A stretch of DNA of 24,000 bases, from positions 419,922 to 443,921 of the forward strand of contig NZ_CP048289.1 in the NCBI RefSeq assembly GCF_014084105.1. The letters are read 5' to 3'. Below, piece by piece: positions 7,029-15,298 of the stretch (the stretch's first letter is position 1; each line of letters opens with the position of its first letter). Below the pieces are notes generated by a model. The model made no database searches. It saw only the letters and a list, made by a program, of their open reading frames with translations, and was not told the DNA's origin. A program made the position numbers and the translations under genes. This stretch comes from Streptacidiphilus sp. P02-A3a. Its GTDB lineage: Bacteria; Actinomycetota; Actinomycetes; Streptomycetales; Streptomycetaceae.

Positions 7029-7968
7029 GGCGCACCTGCCCGTGTCCGGCCAGCAGCAGCCGGGCGGTCGGCAGCAGCGGGTGCCCGACCCGCCGCCGCC
7101 GAACCCGCTCACCGGCTCGCTCGATGGCCTCCAGGTGCAGCGAGTGCATCAGCAGAAAGGCGTTCATCATCGGACGCAGCTCCAGGGGGGTGAGGTCGAG
7201 CACCGGACGGGCGGCGTACAGCGCGGTGCGGGCGCGGGCGATCTGCACGGCGAGCTCCGCGCCGGGCAACCGGACGCGGTCGGCTGGGTCGGCGGGGTCG
7301 GCTGGGTCGGCGGGGTCGGCGGGGTCGGTAGGTTCGGCACGGTCGGTACGGGCGTCCTCGGCCAGGTCGGCCAGGAAGTCGATCCGCTGGCAGGCGGCGG
7401 CGAGCAGCCAGTACGCCCGTGCGTGCCCCGGCTCGCGGCAGCCGGGGTGCACGCCGACCAGCAGCAGCAGGTACGGCAGCGACACCCGGTCCACGTAGCG
7501 CTCGAACTCCGCCTCGCCCGCGAGCGCGGCGCGCCCGCCGCCGGAGGTCCCCTCGGCGTCCTGCCGCATGCCGCTGAGGAAGCGGTTGATCCACTCGGTC
7601 GGCAGCCCGCGCTCGACCGCGGTACGGGCGAACGCGGCCAGCTGCGGGCTCGCCCCGGGCCCCGGTACCGCACCGGCCGCTGTTCCGGCCGCCTCCTCGG
7701 CCAGGGCCCGGCGGACGGTGGCGGACCAGTGGTCGAAGCGCTCCCGGCGGCCGGTCGCCGGGCCGCTGTCGGCGACCGCGTCGGTGGCCCGGGCGAACCA
7801 GTAGCAGACCAGCAGGTGCGGTTGCAGCGCCGCCGGGACCAGCAGCCTGACGGCCAGGCAGTGGACCGGGTCCGCGCGCAGCAGGGTGCGCACGGCCGCG
7901 CGGTACTCCCGGCGCGCGGCCGGGTCCCGGATCCCGGCGAGGTCCAGGGCCCGGCCGAAGCGGATCAT
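7021..7968 (-). CDS. squalene/phytoene synthase family (head-to-head trans-IPPS fold) protein
   Basis: 'RLLVPAALQPHLLVCYWFARATDAVAD' (first Asp-rich DxxxD), 'FERYVDRVSLPYLLLL', 'AACQRIDFLADLAEDA...LPGAEL' (second Asp-rich region), 'MNAFLLMHSLHLEAIERAG'. Start ATG 7968 forms ATGA with the uppS-like stop. The ORF-track 595-aa version adds an Arg-rich artefact. Confidence 0.8.
   Translation of the reverse strand: MIRFGRALDLAGIRDPAARREYRAAVRTLLRADPVHCLAVRLLVPAALQPHLLVCYWFARATDAVADSGPATGRRERFDHWSATVRRALAEEAAGTAAGAVPGPGASPQLAAFARTAVERGLPTEWINRFLSGMRQDAEGTSGGGRAALAGEAEFERYVDRVSLPYLLLLVGVHPGCREPGHARAYWLLAAACQRIDFLADLAEDARTDRAEPTDPADPADPADPADPADRVRLPGAELAVQIARARTALYAARPVLDLTPLELRPMMNAFLLMHSLHLEAIERAGERVRRRRVGHPLLPTARLLLAGHGQVRHG
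7278..7331. repeat. 9-bp in-frame tandem repeat (GGTCGGCKG x6, plus 2 degenerate copies to about 7349) encoding (PAD)n inside the synthase-like gene
   Basis: Read directly. Protein 'EPTDPADPADPADPADPADR', located just after the second Asp-rich motif. Confidence 0.85.
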
Positions 7969-8765
7969 CCGACCCCCCTGGCCGCGCCGAAGCGGCGGGT
8001 CCTGGAGGCGTAGCCCTCGATCGCCCGCCACAGGTCGAGCCGGTCGAAGTCGGGCCAGAGCACGTCGGTGAAGAAGAGCTCGGCGTAGGCGCTCTGCCAG
8101 AGCAGGAAGTTGCTCAGCCGCTGCTCGCCCGAGGTGCGGATGACCAGGTCGACGTCGAACAGGTCGGGGTGGAACAACCGCCTGCCGAACTCCGCGTCGG
8201 TGACGTCGGTCAGCGCCAGCGTCCCGGCCCTGACCTCCTCGCAGAGCTGTGCGGCGGCGGCCACCAGCTCGTCCCGGCTGCCGTAGTCGACGCAGACCGT
8301 GAGGCTCATGCCGTCGTTGTCCCTGGTCCGCCGCTCGTACTCGCGCAGGGTCCCGGCCAGCGGCTCGGTCAGCCGGTCGCGCCGCCCGCTCCAGCGGATC
8401 CGGACCCCGCGCGCGTACCAGCTCTCCCCGTGGTCGAGCAGCAGCTGCCGGATCACCCGCAGCACGCACTCGACCTCGCCCGGATCCCGCCGCCAGTTCT
8501 CGGTGGAGAAGGCGAAGACCGAGATCTGCCCCAGCCCGATCTCCAGCGCGCCGTCGACCGCCTCGACGATCGCGGAGACGCCCGCCTCGTGCCCGGCGCT
8601 CCGGGGCAGCCCCCGCCCGAGCGCCCAACGGCCGTTCCCGTCCATGATCACTGCGACATGGCGCGGTAACCGCTCGGCGGCCACGGTCGGCGGTCGCGCG
8701 CCGGAGGGATGGGGTTTCGTCAATGGCCGGACGACCCGGCTGCCTGATTCTCCGACGTAGGCCAT
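7965..8765 (-). CDS. uppS: isoprenyl transferase (cis-prenyltransferase, UPP synthase family)
   Basis: 'HVAVIMDGNGRWA', 'FAFSTENWRR', 'DLVIRTSGEQRLSNFLLWQSAYAELFF', 'RTRRFG': full set of cis-PT motifs. AAAGGAG SD before the ATG at 8765. I cannot tell whether this is the housekeeping copy or a paralog. Confidence 0.9.
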   Translation of the reverse strand: MAYVGESGSRVVRPLTKPHPSGARPPTVAAERLPRHVAVIMDGNGRWALGRGLPRSAGHEAGVSAIVEAVDGALEIGLGQISVFAFSTENWRRDPGEVECVLRVIRQLLLDHGESWYARGVRIRWSGRRDRLTEPLAGTLREYERRTRDNDGMSLTVCVDYGSRDELVAAAAQLCEEVRAGTLALTDVTDAEFGRRLFHPDLFDVDLVIRTSGEQRLSNFLLWQSAYAELFFTDVLWPDFDRLDLWRAIEGYASRTRRFGAARGVG

Positions 8766-8812
8766 GCGGCTCCTTTTTCGTGGGAAAGTCCTCCGGAACT
8801 CCGAGCATCCGC

Positions 8813-8831
8813 GACCGGATAATGTCCGGTC
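8813..8831. promoter_or_regulatory. 7-5-7 perfect palindrome GACCGGA-TAATG-TCCGGTC in the 203-bp divergent control region
   Basis: Read directly. It lies in the lower-GC stretch between the uppS-like start (8765) and the small-protein operon start (8969). Confidence 0.35.
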
Positions 8832-8968
8832 AATGGGTTTCCGGGTTTCTCGGGGCAGGCCGTTCGAACCAGTTCCTGCGATCTATGGACGCCCCTCCCC
8901 GTGATTGTCAGGCTGGGTGGCGGAGTGAGGCGCACGACAACCGCGCGAACGTATATACGGGAGAATGA

Positions 8969-9256
8969 ATGGCCAGTGACCGGGGTAGGCAGCGGACGAG
9001 TCTGGCGAAATACGTCGGCGGGGTGCTCGAAGCGGTGGAGGAATTCGTCACCGATACCCGCGAATGTGTCGAAGGATTCCTGGAGAACTCGGATTCCGTC
9101 CAGCGGAGCGCGTTGCGGACGGCGCGGCGCGCGCTGCGCCCGGGCAGCGAGCCCGAGCCGGACGAACTGGCCGCGCTGCGGGCGGAGGTGGCCGCACTCG
9201 CCGCCCGGCTCAGCCGGTACGAGGCGGCACCCGCCGACGTACCCGAGCCCGCGTGA
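8969..9256 (+). CDS. hypothetical small protein (95 aa), predicted helical/coiled
   Basis: ATG with GGGAGA SD. Strong third-position GC bias. C-terminal 'DELAALRAEVAALAARLSRYE' heptad-like segment. Stop overlaps the next start (GTGA). Confidence 0.6.
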   Translation: MASDRGRQRTSLAKYVGGVLEAVEEFVTDTRECVEGFLENSDSVQRSALRTARRALRPGSEPEPDELAALRAEVAALAARLSRYEAAPADVPEPA

Positions 9257-9540
9257 GCGCCGCCCCGGAGCAGCCGTCCGGGCCCGGCGGCCCGCTGCGC
9301 CGCACCCGTGAGGGCGTGCTCCGCGACCCGCTGCGTCCGGGGGCCGACAGCGCCGCCCTGGTCCGTGCCGGGCTGCGGGCGGACCGCCGGTTCCGGGTCA
9401 CCGACGAGGAGACCGGGCAGGACTGCACCGTCGAGGTCCTGGCGGAGTTCCTGCTCGGCGCCTGCACCCGCCCGGCCGCCCGGTCGCTCGCCACGGCCCT
9501 CGGCGCGGACGGCCGGACCTCGCCGGTGACGTCCGGGTGA
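9253..9540 (+). CDS. hypothetical small protein (95 aa)
   Basis: GTG 9253 overlaps the upstream TGA. Its own TGA (9538-9540) overlaps the GTG (9537) of the kinase gene. High GC3. No motif recognised. Confidence 0.55.
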   Translation: MSAAPEQPSGPGGPLRRTREGVLRDPLRPGADSAALVRAGLRADRRFRVTDEETGQDCTVEVLAEFLLGACTRPAARSLATALGADGRTSPVTSG

Positions 9541-11045
9541 GGGAACCACGCGGCAACCAGGTCGCTCGGCTGGTCGCCCTGCTGACCTCGGACGCGCTGT
9601 CCGCGCGCGGCGAGGGCCGGGGCGGTGGCGAGCGCCCGCACCGCCGGGCGGTGCGGATCCGGTCGCTGATGGAGGAACTGGGCCCGTTCTACGTGAAGCT
9701 CGGCCAGATGCTGTCCACCCGGCCCGACATCATCAGCGAGGCGCTGACCGTGGAACTCGGGCGGCTGCACCAGGCGGTGCGGCCCACCCCGTTCGCTCGG
9801 TTCGAACCGGTCCTGGACCGGGAACTCGGTCGCGGCTGGCGCCGTGAACTCCGCGACATCGAGGCCGCCGAGCCGCTCGGCTCCGCCTCGCTCGCCCAGG
9901 TCTACCGGGCCACCCGGCCCGACGGCGTCCCCGCCGTGGTCAAGATCCAGCGGCCCGGCGCCCGGGCCCGGGTGCTGGCCGACATGGCGGCGCTGCGCCG
10001 GGCCGCGCGGGTCGTCGGCCGCGCGCTGCCCGGACTGGACGCGGTCTTCGACATCGACGCCACCCTGCACGTCCTCTCCGACGCCATGCAGCCCGAACTC
10101 GACTTCCAGGTCGAGGCCCGGAACATGGAGTCCGCCCGGCGGATGACAGCGGACTTCGACCTGGTCAACGTGCCCGGAGTGGTCCGGGCGACGCCACAGG
10201 TGCTGGTGCAGGACCTGGCCCCGGGAGGGCCGATCGGCTCGGCGCCGGCCGGGGAACTCCCCGTCGCCACCCGGCAGGCGATCGGCAGCCAGCTGCTCGC
10301 CTTCATGTACCGGGGCTACTTCACCGAGCGCTGCTTCCACGCCGATCCGCACCCCGGAAACGTCTTCGTCGACCCGGAGCGGGGCGCCACCCTGATCGAC
10401 TGGGGAATGGTCGGCAGGCTGGACCGCAACCTCAGCGGGCTCGGCATGCTGACCCTCACCAGCCTCGCCCAGAACGACGCCCGGGGCCTGGTCAGCGCCT
10501 GGGTCGGGATGGGCAGGGCGACCCTCCGGGCCGACCTGCCCGGCTTCCAGGAGGACATGAGCCGCCTGGTGCCCAGGATCTCCGCCGCCTCGTTGGAGAA
10601 CCTGGACTTCGGCGTGGCGCTGAGCACCATCCTGCGGCAGTCCGCCCGCCGGGGGATCCGCACCAGCCCGATGATCGGACTGCTCGGCAAGTCCTTCGCC
10701 AACATCGAGGGTTCGGTCCGGCTGATCGCGCCGGAGCTGTCCATCGTCACCGTGTTCCGCGAGGCGTTGACCGACGTGATGGTCGAACTCGCCCGCGAGA
10801 TGCTCTCCGTGGAGCAGTCGGCCCGCACCGCGCTGGACGTGATGGCGGGCGGGACCATCGCCCTGGACCAGATCCGCAGCATCCTGCGGGACGTGTCGGG
10901 CCACGAGGCCACCATGCGGGTCGGCCTGCTGCCGGGACACGGCATCGGCGGCGAGGGGGACGGCCGAGTCAGCCGCTACTGGCCCCATCTCGCGGCCTCC
11001 GCCGGTCTCCTGTGGTTCCTGCGCCGCGAACTCCGGCACCGCTGA
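9537..11045 (+). CDS. ABC1/UbiB (AarF) atypical kinase family protein
   Basis: 'LGPFYVKLGQMLSTRPDI', 'EPLGSASLAQVYRA...AVVKIQRPG', 'DFQVEARN', 'FHADPHPGNVFVD...LIDWGMVGRL': canonical ABC1 motif series. Confidence 0.9.
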   Translation: MREPRGNQVARLVALLTSDALSARGEGRGGGERPHRRAVRIRSLMEELGPFYVKLGQMLSTRPDIISEALTVELGRLHQAVRPTPFARFEPVLDRELGRGWRRELRDIEAAEPLGSASLAQVYRATRPDGVPAVVKIQRPGARARVLADMAALRRAARVVGRALPGLDAVFDIDATLHVLSDAMQPELDFQVEARNMESARRMTADFDLVNVPGVVRATPQVLVQDLAPGGPIGSAPAGELPVATRQAIGSQLLAFMYRGYFTERCFHADPHPGNVFVDPERGATLIDWGMVGRLDRNLSGLGMLTLTSLAQNDARGLVSAWVGMGRATLRADLPGFQEDMSRLVPRISAASLENLDFGVALSTILRQSARRGIRTSPMIGLLGKSFANIEGSVRLIAPELSIVTVFREALTDVMVELAREMLSVEQSARTALDVMAGGTIALDQIRSILRDVSGHEATMRVGLLPGHGIGGEGDGRVSRYWPHLAASAGLLWFLRRELRHR

Positions 11046-11095
11046 AGGCAGTTGTCCGCCGAGGGAAGCCACGCCCGGAACGGGGAGGCCCACCA

Positions 11096-11927
11096 GTGGC
11101 CTGCGCTACGGAATCAACCCCCAGCAGTCGAAGGCCTCCGCCGACGCCGTGGTCCCCGGCCGGTGGCCGTTCTGGATCGTCAACGGCAGCCCGTCGCACA
11201 TCAACATCCAGGACGCGCTCAACGCCTGGCAGTTGGTGCACGAGACCGGCCGGGCGCTGGGCCTGCCCGCGGCGGCCTCCGTCAAGCACGTCTCGCCCGC
11301 CGGGGCGGCGCTGGCCGGACCGATCGACGCGGCGGCACAGGGGCTCTACGGCTTCACCGACGGCGAGTTGAGCCCGGTCGCCAACGCCTACCTGCGTTCC
11401 CGCGACGCCGACCCCAAGTCCTCCTACGGCGACTTCGCCGCCGTCTCCGAGCCGGTCGACCTGGATCTGGCGGAACTCCTCAGCGGGATGTTCTCCGACG
11501 GCATCATCGCCCCCGGCTACGCCCCGGGCATGGTCGAGCGGCTGAGCCGGAAGAAGCAGGGCCGGTACCTGGTCCTGGAGGGCCGACCCCGGGTACACCG
11601 CGCCGGAGCAGGACGTCCGCGAGGTCTACGGCGTCCGCCTGGTCCAGGACCGCGACCGCGCGCCGATCACCCGGGACGTGCTGAACCTCGCCACCGGCCC
11701 GGAACTGCCCGAACAGGCCGTGCGGGCCCTGCCGTTCGGGTCCGGCGTCCGCCGCCAGGACCGGATCAACTGGCAGGTGCGGCTGATCGAGGGCGGACTG
11801 GGCGCGGCGGCTCACCGGGGTCGCCTTCACCTCGGACGGCTACCTGCCGTTCCGCGACAACGTCGACCACGCCCACCGCCACGGCGTCGAGTACATCGCG
11901 GAACCGGGCGGGTCGATCCACCACTGA
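11096..11927 (+). pseudogene. PurH-like AICAR formyltransferase-family paralog, disrupted by at least three frameshifts and probable internal deletions
   Basis: GGGGAGG SD plus GTG at 11096, then homology jumps frame. 'LRYGINPQQ...AASVKHVSPAGAA...IIAPGY...YLVLEG' is in frame 1 (11101-11583). 'DPGYTAPEQDVREVYGVRLVQDRD...GVRRQDRINWQVRLIEG' is in frame 2. 'LTGVAFTSDGYLPFRDNVDHAHRHGVEYIAEPGGSIHH*' is in frame 0, ending at 11927. Confidence 0.7.
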
Positions 11928-11970
11928 CCCGCGACCGGCCAACCCGACCGGCCGACCCGGCCGGTTGTGC

Positions 11971-11993
11971 ACCGGGCCCGGACCGGGCCCGGT
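11971..11993. terminator. hairpin ACCGGGCC-(7 nt)-GGCCCGGT between convergent genes
   Basis: 8-bp perfect stem, 1 nt beyond the HhH-GPD gene stop (11995-11997). Confidence 0.35.
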
Positions 11994-11994
11994 C

Positions 11995-12588
11995 TCAGGC
12001 CTCGGCCTGCTGCTCGGCCTTCGCCGCCCGCTTCGCCTCCTGCTTGTACGCCCGGACCTTGTCCAGCGACTCCGGGCCGGTGATGTCGGCGACCGAGCGG
12101 TGGCTGTGCGGCTCGCCGTACGGCCCCGCCGCCTCCCGCCAGCCCTTCGGTCGCACCCCGAGCTGCTTGCCCAGCAGCGCGAGGAAGATCTGCGCCTTCT
12201 GCTTGCCGAACCCGGGCAGTTCGACCAGCCGCGCGAGCAGCTCGGCGCCGGTGCCCGCGTCCCGCCAGACCGCTTCGGCGTCACCGCCGTAGTGCTCGTC
12301 CAGGTACTGGCACAGCTGCTGCACCCGCTTGGCCATCGAGCCCGGGTAGCGGTGCACGGCGGGCTTCTCCGAGAGCAGCGCCGCGAACTCCTCCGGGTCG
12401 AAACCGGCGATCCGGTGCGCGTCCAGATCGTCCCCGCCGAGGCGTCGCAGCAGGGTGTACGGGCCCGTGAAGGCCCACTCCATGGGGACCTGCTGGTCCA
12501 GCAGCATGCCGATCAGCGCGGCCAGCGGGCTGCGACTGAGCAGTGCGTCGGCATCCGGGTTCTGCGCGAGCCGCAGCGTGACGGTCAT
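11995..12588 (-). CDS. HhH-GPD-type base-excision-repair-like protein
   Basis: ATG 12588 with perfect AAGGAGG SD. 'LVELPGFGKQKAQIFLALLGKQLGV' helix-hairpin-helix. Lys/Ala-rich C-terminal tail. Confidence 0.8.
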   Translation of the reverse strand: MTVTLRLAQNPDADALLSRSPLAALIGMLLDQQVPMEWAFTGPYTLLRRLGGDDLDAHRIAGFDPEEFAALLSEKPAVHRYPGSMAKRVQQLCQYLDEHYGGDAEAVWRDAGTGAELLARLVELPGFGKQKAQIFLALLGKQLGVRPKGWREAAGPYGEPHSHRSVADITGPESLDKVRAYKQEAKRAAKAEQQAEA

Positions 12589-12802
12589 CGCGCCTCCTTT
12601 CGACGGTCCGTCCCTCCTTCCGGCCATTCTCCCCGCGATCACGCGCCGCCGCGTGTCCGGCTCGCGGGCCCCTCGGCGTGGCGCTGTGTCACCAAGCGCG
12701 GGCTCTGTAACAGTGGTTGTTACGGACAGTGAGAAACCGCCGGGATCCCCAGCGTGTGTAAGGGATCACAACCGCCTACCGCACACTCCCTGGGGGGACC
12801 GT

Positions 12803-13498
12803 ATGAACACGCCCACGACCGCCCGCCGCCGGATCCTTCCGATGGCGCTGCTCGCCGCCGCCACCGCCACCCTGGCGCTCACCGCCTGCGGCCAGGCCAG
12901 CGCCTCCGCCGCCGCGCCCGGCACCGCCGCCGTCACCGCCGCGCACGCCGTCCCGGCGGCCCCCGCCGCGGCGGTGAGGTCGGCCGACAGCAACGCCGAC
13001 AGCGCCGGGTACGCCTACAAGCACCCGTGCACCGAGCAGCAGCTCCGGGTGAAGGTCTCCTACGACGCGCGGCTGGGCACCTCCAAGCGGCTGATCGCGG
13101 TCACCGACACCGGAAGCACGGCCTGCGGCCTGAGCTACTTCCCGGTGGTCGCGATCGACAACAGCGCGACCATCCACGCCGAGCACGGCACGGCGCAGAC
13201 GGTGCAGCCGAAGGTCCCGGGCGGCCTGGGCGGTGCGCCGTACTTCCCGGTGTACGCCGGTCACACCGCGTACGCGGTGGTGGACCTGGACCCGAGCCAC
13301 AGCACGGTCGGGGCCAGCCGCGTCTACAACGAGCTGTCGGTCATCGCCACCGACACCCTGCCGAACGCCGACACGGTCAACACCAAGCTGGTCGCCGAGG
13401 GCGGCAGTGGCAACCCGTACGTCAAGGCCCCGTTCCTGGGCCTGTACGAGAACACCATCGCCTCCGCCAACGCCTCCGCCACCCCGGCCCGCAGGTGA
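12803..13498 (+). CDS. lipoprotein, DUF4232-like
   Basis: Signal peptide with Arg-rich n-region and lipobox 'LALTAC'. Ala/Pro linker. 'C..QQLRV...TDTGSTACGLSYFPVV' two-Cys pattern as in DUF4232. Confidence 0.75.
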   Translation: MNTPTTARRRILPMALLAAATATLALTACGQASASAAAPGTAAVTAAHAVPAAPAAAVRSADSNADSAGYAYKHPCTEQQLRVKVSYDARLGTSKRLIAVTDTGSTACGLSYFPVVAIDNSATIHAEHGTAQTVQPKVPGGLGGAPYFPVYAGHTAYAVVDLDPSHSTVGASRVYNELSVIATDTLPNADTVNTKLVAEGGSGNPYVKAPFLGLYENTIASANASATPARR

Positions 13499-13521
13499 CG
13501 CACCGCTGAGCCCGGCCGCAG

Positions 13522-13547
13522 CCGCCCGGCCGACCCCGGCCGGGCGG
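13522..13547. terminator. bidirectional hairpin CCGCCCGGCC-(6 nt)-GGCCGGGCGG between convergent genes
   Basis: 10-bp perfect stem read from the sequence, followed by TT. Confidence 0.45.
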
Positions 13548-13565
13548 TTGCGGTGGCTGTGGCGA

Positions 13566-14195
13566 CTACCCGTACGTCGGGTGCTGCGGCCACCCGGCGG
13601 GGGAGTCCTCCCACTCCTCCTGGCGCCCGTACGGGACCAGGTCCAGGACGCTGTTGGCGAAGACCAGCGGGTCCACCCCGCGGGAGTAGGTGCGGTACGT
13701 CTGGTAGACGTCCTCGCCGTCGCGCAGGTACACGCTCAGCAGGAAGCCCCCGCCCGCGCCGCTGTCCCGGGAGAACGAGCTCCCGTGCGACGAGACGAAC
13801 GGCAGCGTCCAGCCCATCCGCGCCTTGTACGCCTCGATCTGGGCGAGCGGCATGTCGGACACCGTCACCCAGGTCGCCCCGCGCTCGGCGAGCCCCGCCA
13901 GCGCCCCGGCCGGGACGTTGGCCGTGAACCCGGTGCAGCCGGGACAGTAGTGGTCGGGCCCCCGGTCCATGAACTGGTAGACGACCAACTGCCGCTGTCC
14001 TTCGAACAGCTCGGTCAGTGTCCGGGGTCCGAGCGGCGTGTCGAAGGTGTACGCGCCGGGGAACGCGACCATCGGCAGCCGTCGTCGGCGCGCGGCGAGC
14101 GCGTCCTGAGCACGGGTCAACTCCTTTTCAGCTTTGAGCAGTTCCTCGCGGGCCTGCTGCCATTCCTCGACCGAAACAACCTCTGGCATCTCCAT
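13566..14195 (-). CDS. DUF899 family thioredoxin-fold protein
   Basis: 'EEWQQAREELLKAEKELTRAQDALAARRRRLP', 'QLVVYQFM...CPGCT', 'EAYKARMGW..PFVSS': characteristic DUF899 layout. Confidence 0.85.
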   Translation of the reverse strand: MEMPEVVSVEEWQQAREELLKAEKELTRAQDALAARRRRLPMVAFPGAYTFDTPLGPRTLTELFEGQRQLVVYQFMDRGPDHYCPGCTGFTANVPAGALAGLAERGATWVTVSDMPLAQIEAYKARMGWTLPFVSSHGSSFSRDSGAGGGFLLSVYLRDGEDVYQTYRTYSRGVDPLVFANSVLDLVPYGRQEEWEDSPAGWPQHPTYG

Positions 14196-14265
14196 GCGGC
14201 GAGTGTCGCACCGGCCACTGACAATCGGCCCGCGCCGCCACCGCGAGCGACCGGGTCGGCCCGCG

Positions 14266-15249
14266 TCAGCCCAGCCAGGCGCGCTCGGTGGCGCGGGCCC
14301 CGGCCTGGAACCGGCTGCGGGCGCCCAGCAGGTCCATCGCCTCGGAGATCAGCCGTCGTACGGTGCGTTCCGAGACGCCCAGCTTGCGCGCGGCCACCAG
14401 GTCGGTGTCGCCCTGGTTGAGGATCCGGAGCAGGGCGTAGTGCTGGCCGGACATGCCGTGCGCGTCGCGGCCTCGGGGATCGCACAGCGGCGTCGCGCCC
14501 GACCACACCAGGTCGAACAGCGCGCACACGGCGGCGACCGCGCCCCTGCCGTACAGCACCGTGGCGGTGTCGGTCCGCTCCGGATCGAGTGGTACCACCG
14601 CGGCGTCACGATCCACGATGACCATGCGCAGCGGCAGTGCGGGGGCGGTCCTGACCCGGCCGCCGCGCTCCACGAGCCAGCGCGCGTAGTCGGTGGTCGG
14701 CTGGTGGTTGCGCACCGAGTCCAGGAAAAGCGTGCGCAACTCCACTCCGCGCCCGAGGAGTTCCTCATCGAGCGGCCGACTGGCCGCGCGGTCCTCCTCG
14801 CTCTGTCCACCCCCGGGAACGAAGGCGAGCACCTGGAACGTGCTCCGGGCGCCCAACTCGGCGAGCCGGTCGCGGATCGCGTCCGCGCCGAACAGGTTCT
14901 CGGACCGGGTGTACTTGCGGGTGCTCGCCGCGTCGGCGAGGACCACCTCGTAGGCGCTCTGGCACTGCTCGATCTCGTGGCGGTGGGCGGCCAGTTCGGC
15001 CTCCTTGCGGGCGAGCAGGGCCTTCAGGCCGAGCTCCGGCGGCACCGGCCGCATCGTCAACGGGTCGTCCGCGGAGGGGCGCAGCAGGGACAGCCGGGTG
15101 AGCTCCAGGCAGGCGGCCTCGACCTCGGCCCCGGACAAATCCACTTCTGCGGGCAATTCGGATTCGGTAAGCGCCGGAGTCCGCAGCAGGGCCAGGTAAA
15201 CCGTCTCGGCGGGCGTGCTCAGGCCGAATGCCCTCAGTGCGGCACGCAT
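14266..15249 (-). CDS. transcriptional regulator with TrmB-like N-terminal HTH and LuxR-type C-terminal HTH
   Basis: N-terminus 'ETVYLALLRTPALTESELPAEVDLSGAEVEAACLELTRLSLL'. C-terminus 'LLRILNQGDTDLVAARKLGVSERTVRRLISEAMDLLGA'. Same strand as DUF899 and 70 bp upstream of it. Confidence 0.8.
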   Translation of the reverse strand: MRAALRAFGLSTPAETVYLALLRTPALTESELPAEVDLSGAEVEAACLELTRLSLLRPSADDPLTMRPVPPELGLKALLARKEAELAAHRHEIEQCQSAYEVVLADAASTRKYTRSENLFGADAIRDRLAELGARSTFQVLAFVPGGGQSEEDRAASRPLDEELLGRGVELRTLFLDSVRNHQPTTDYARWLVERGGRVRTAPALPLRMVIVDRDAAVVPLDPERTDTATVLYGRGAVAAVCALFDLVWSGATPLCDPRGRDAHGMSGQHYALLRILNQGDTDLVAARKLGVSERTVRRLISEAMDLLGARSRFQAGARATERAWLG

Positions 15250-15288
15250 GGTCGTCCCCCACTTCCCCGTACAGATCCCCCCGGGGTA

Positions 15289-15298
15289 GGTCTAGACC
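15289..15298. promoter_or_regulatory. 10-bp perfect palindrome GGTCTAGACC in the divergent regulator/MFS intergenic region
   Basis: Read directly, 40 bp from the regulator start codon. Confidence 0.25.

Noticed and set aside
5562-7193. Long plus-strand ORF (543 aa) opposite the oxygenase gene, and similar long antisense ORFs at 9210-11093(-), 16221-17879(-), 17876-19357(-) and 21230-22708(-)
   Set aside because: All lie opposite genes with clear family motifs. They have extreme Arg/Gly/Pro/Ala content and no recognisable motifs. They are a stop-codon-poor artefact of high GC.
7969-8808. N-terminal 280 aa of the 595-aa ORF 7021..8808, as if the synthase-like protein were much longer
   Set aside because: This part overlaps the uppS-like gene in another frame and is Arg-rich nonsense. 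Synthase-family homology begins right after the ATG at 7968, which forms an ATGA overlap with the uppS-like stop.
12706-12729. Inverted repeat GTAACA-GTGGT-TGTTAC upstream of the lipoprotein gene as an operator
   Set aside because: The arms are only 6 bp, there is no adjacent regulator gene, and it could easily arise by chance.
11149-12732. Single 527-aa CDS as given in the ORF track
   Set aside because: Only the first ~145 codons carry PurH-like homology. The rest is read-through after a frameshift and runs antisense across the HhH-GPD gene.
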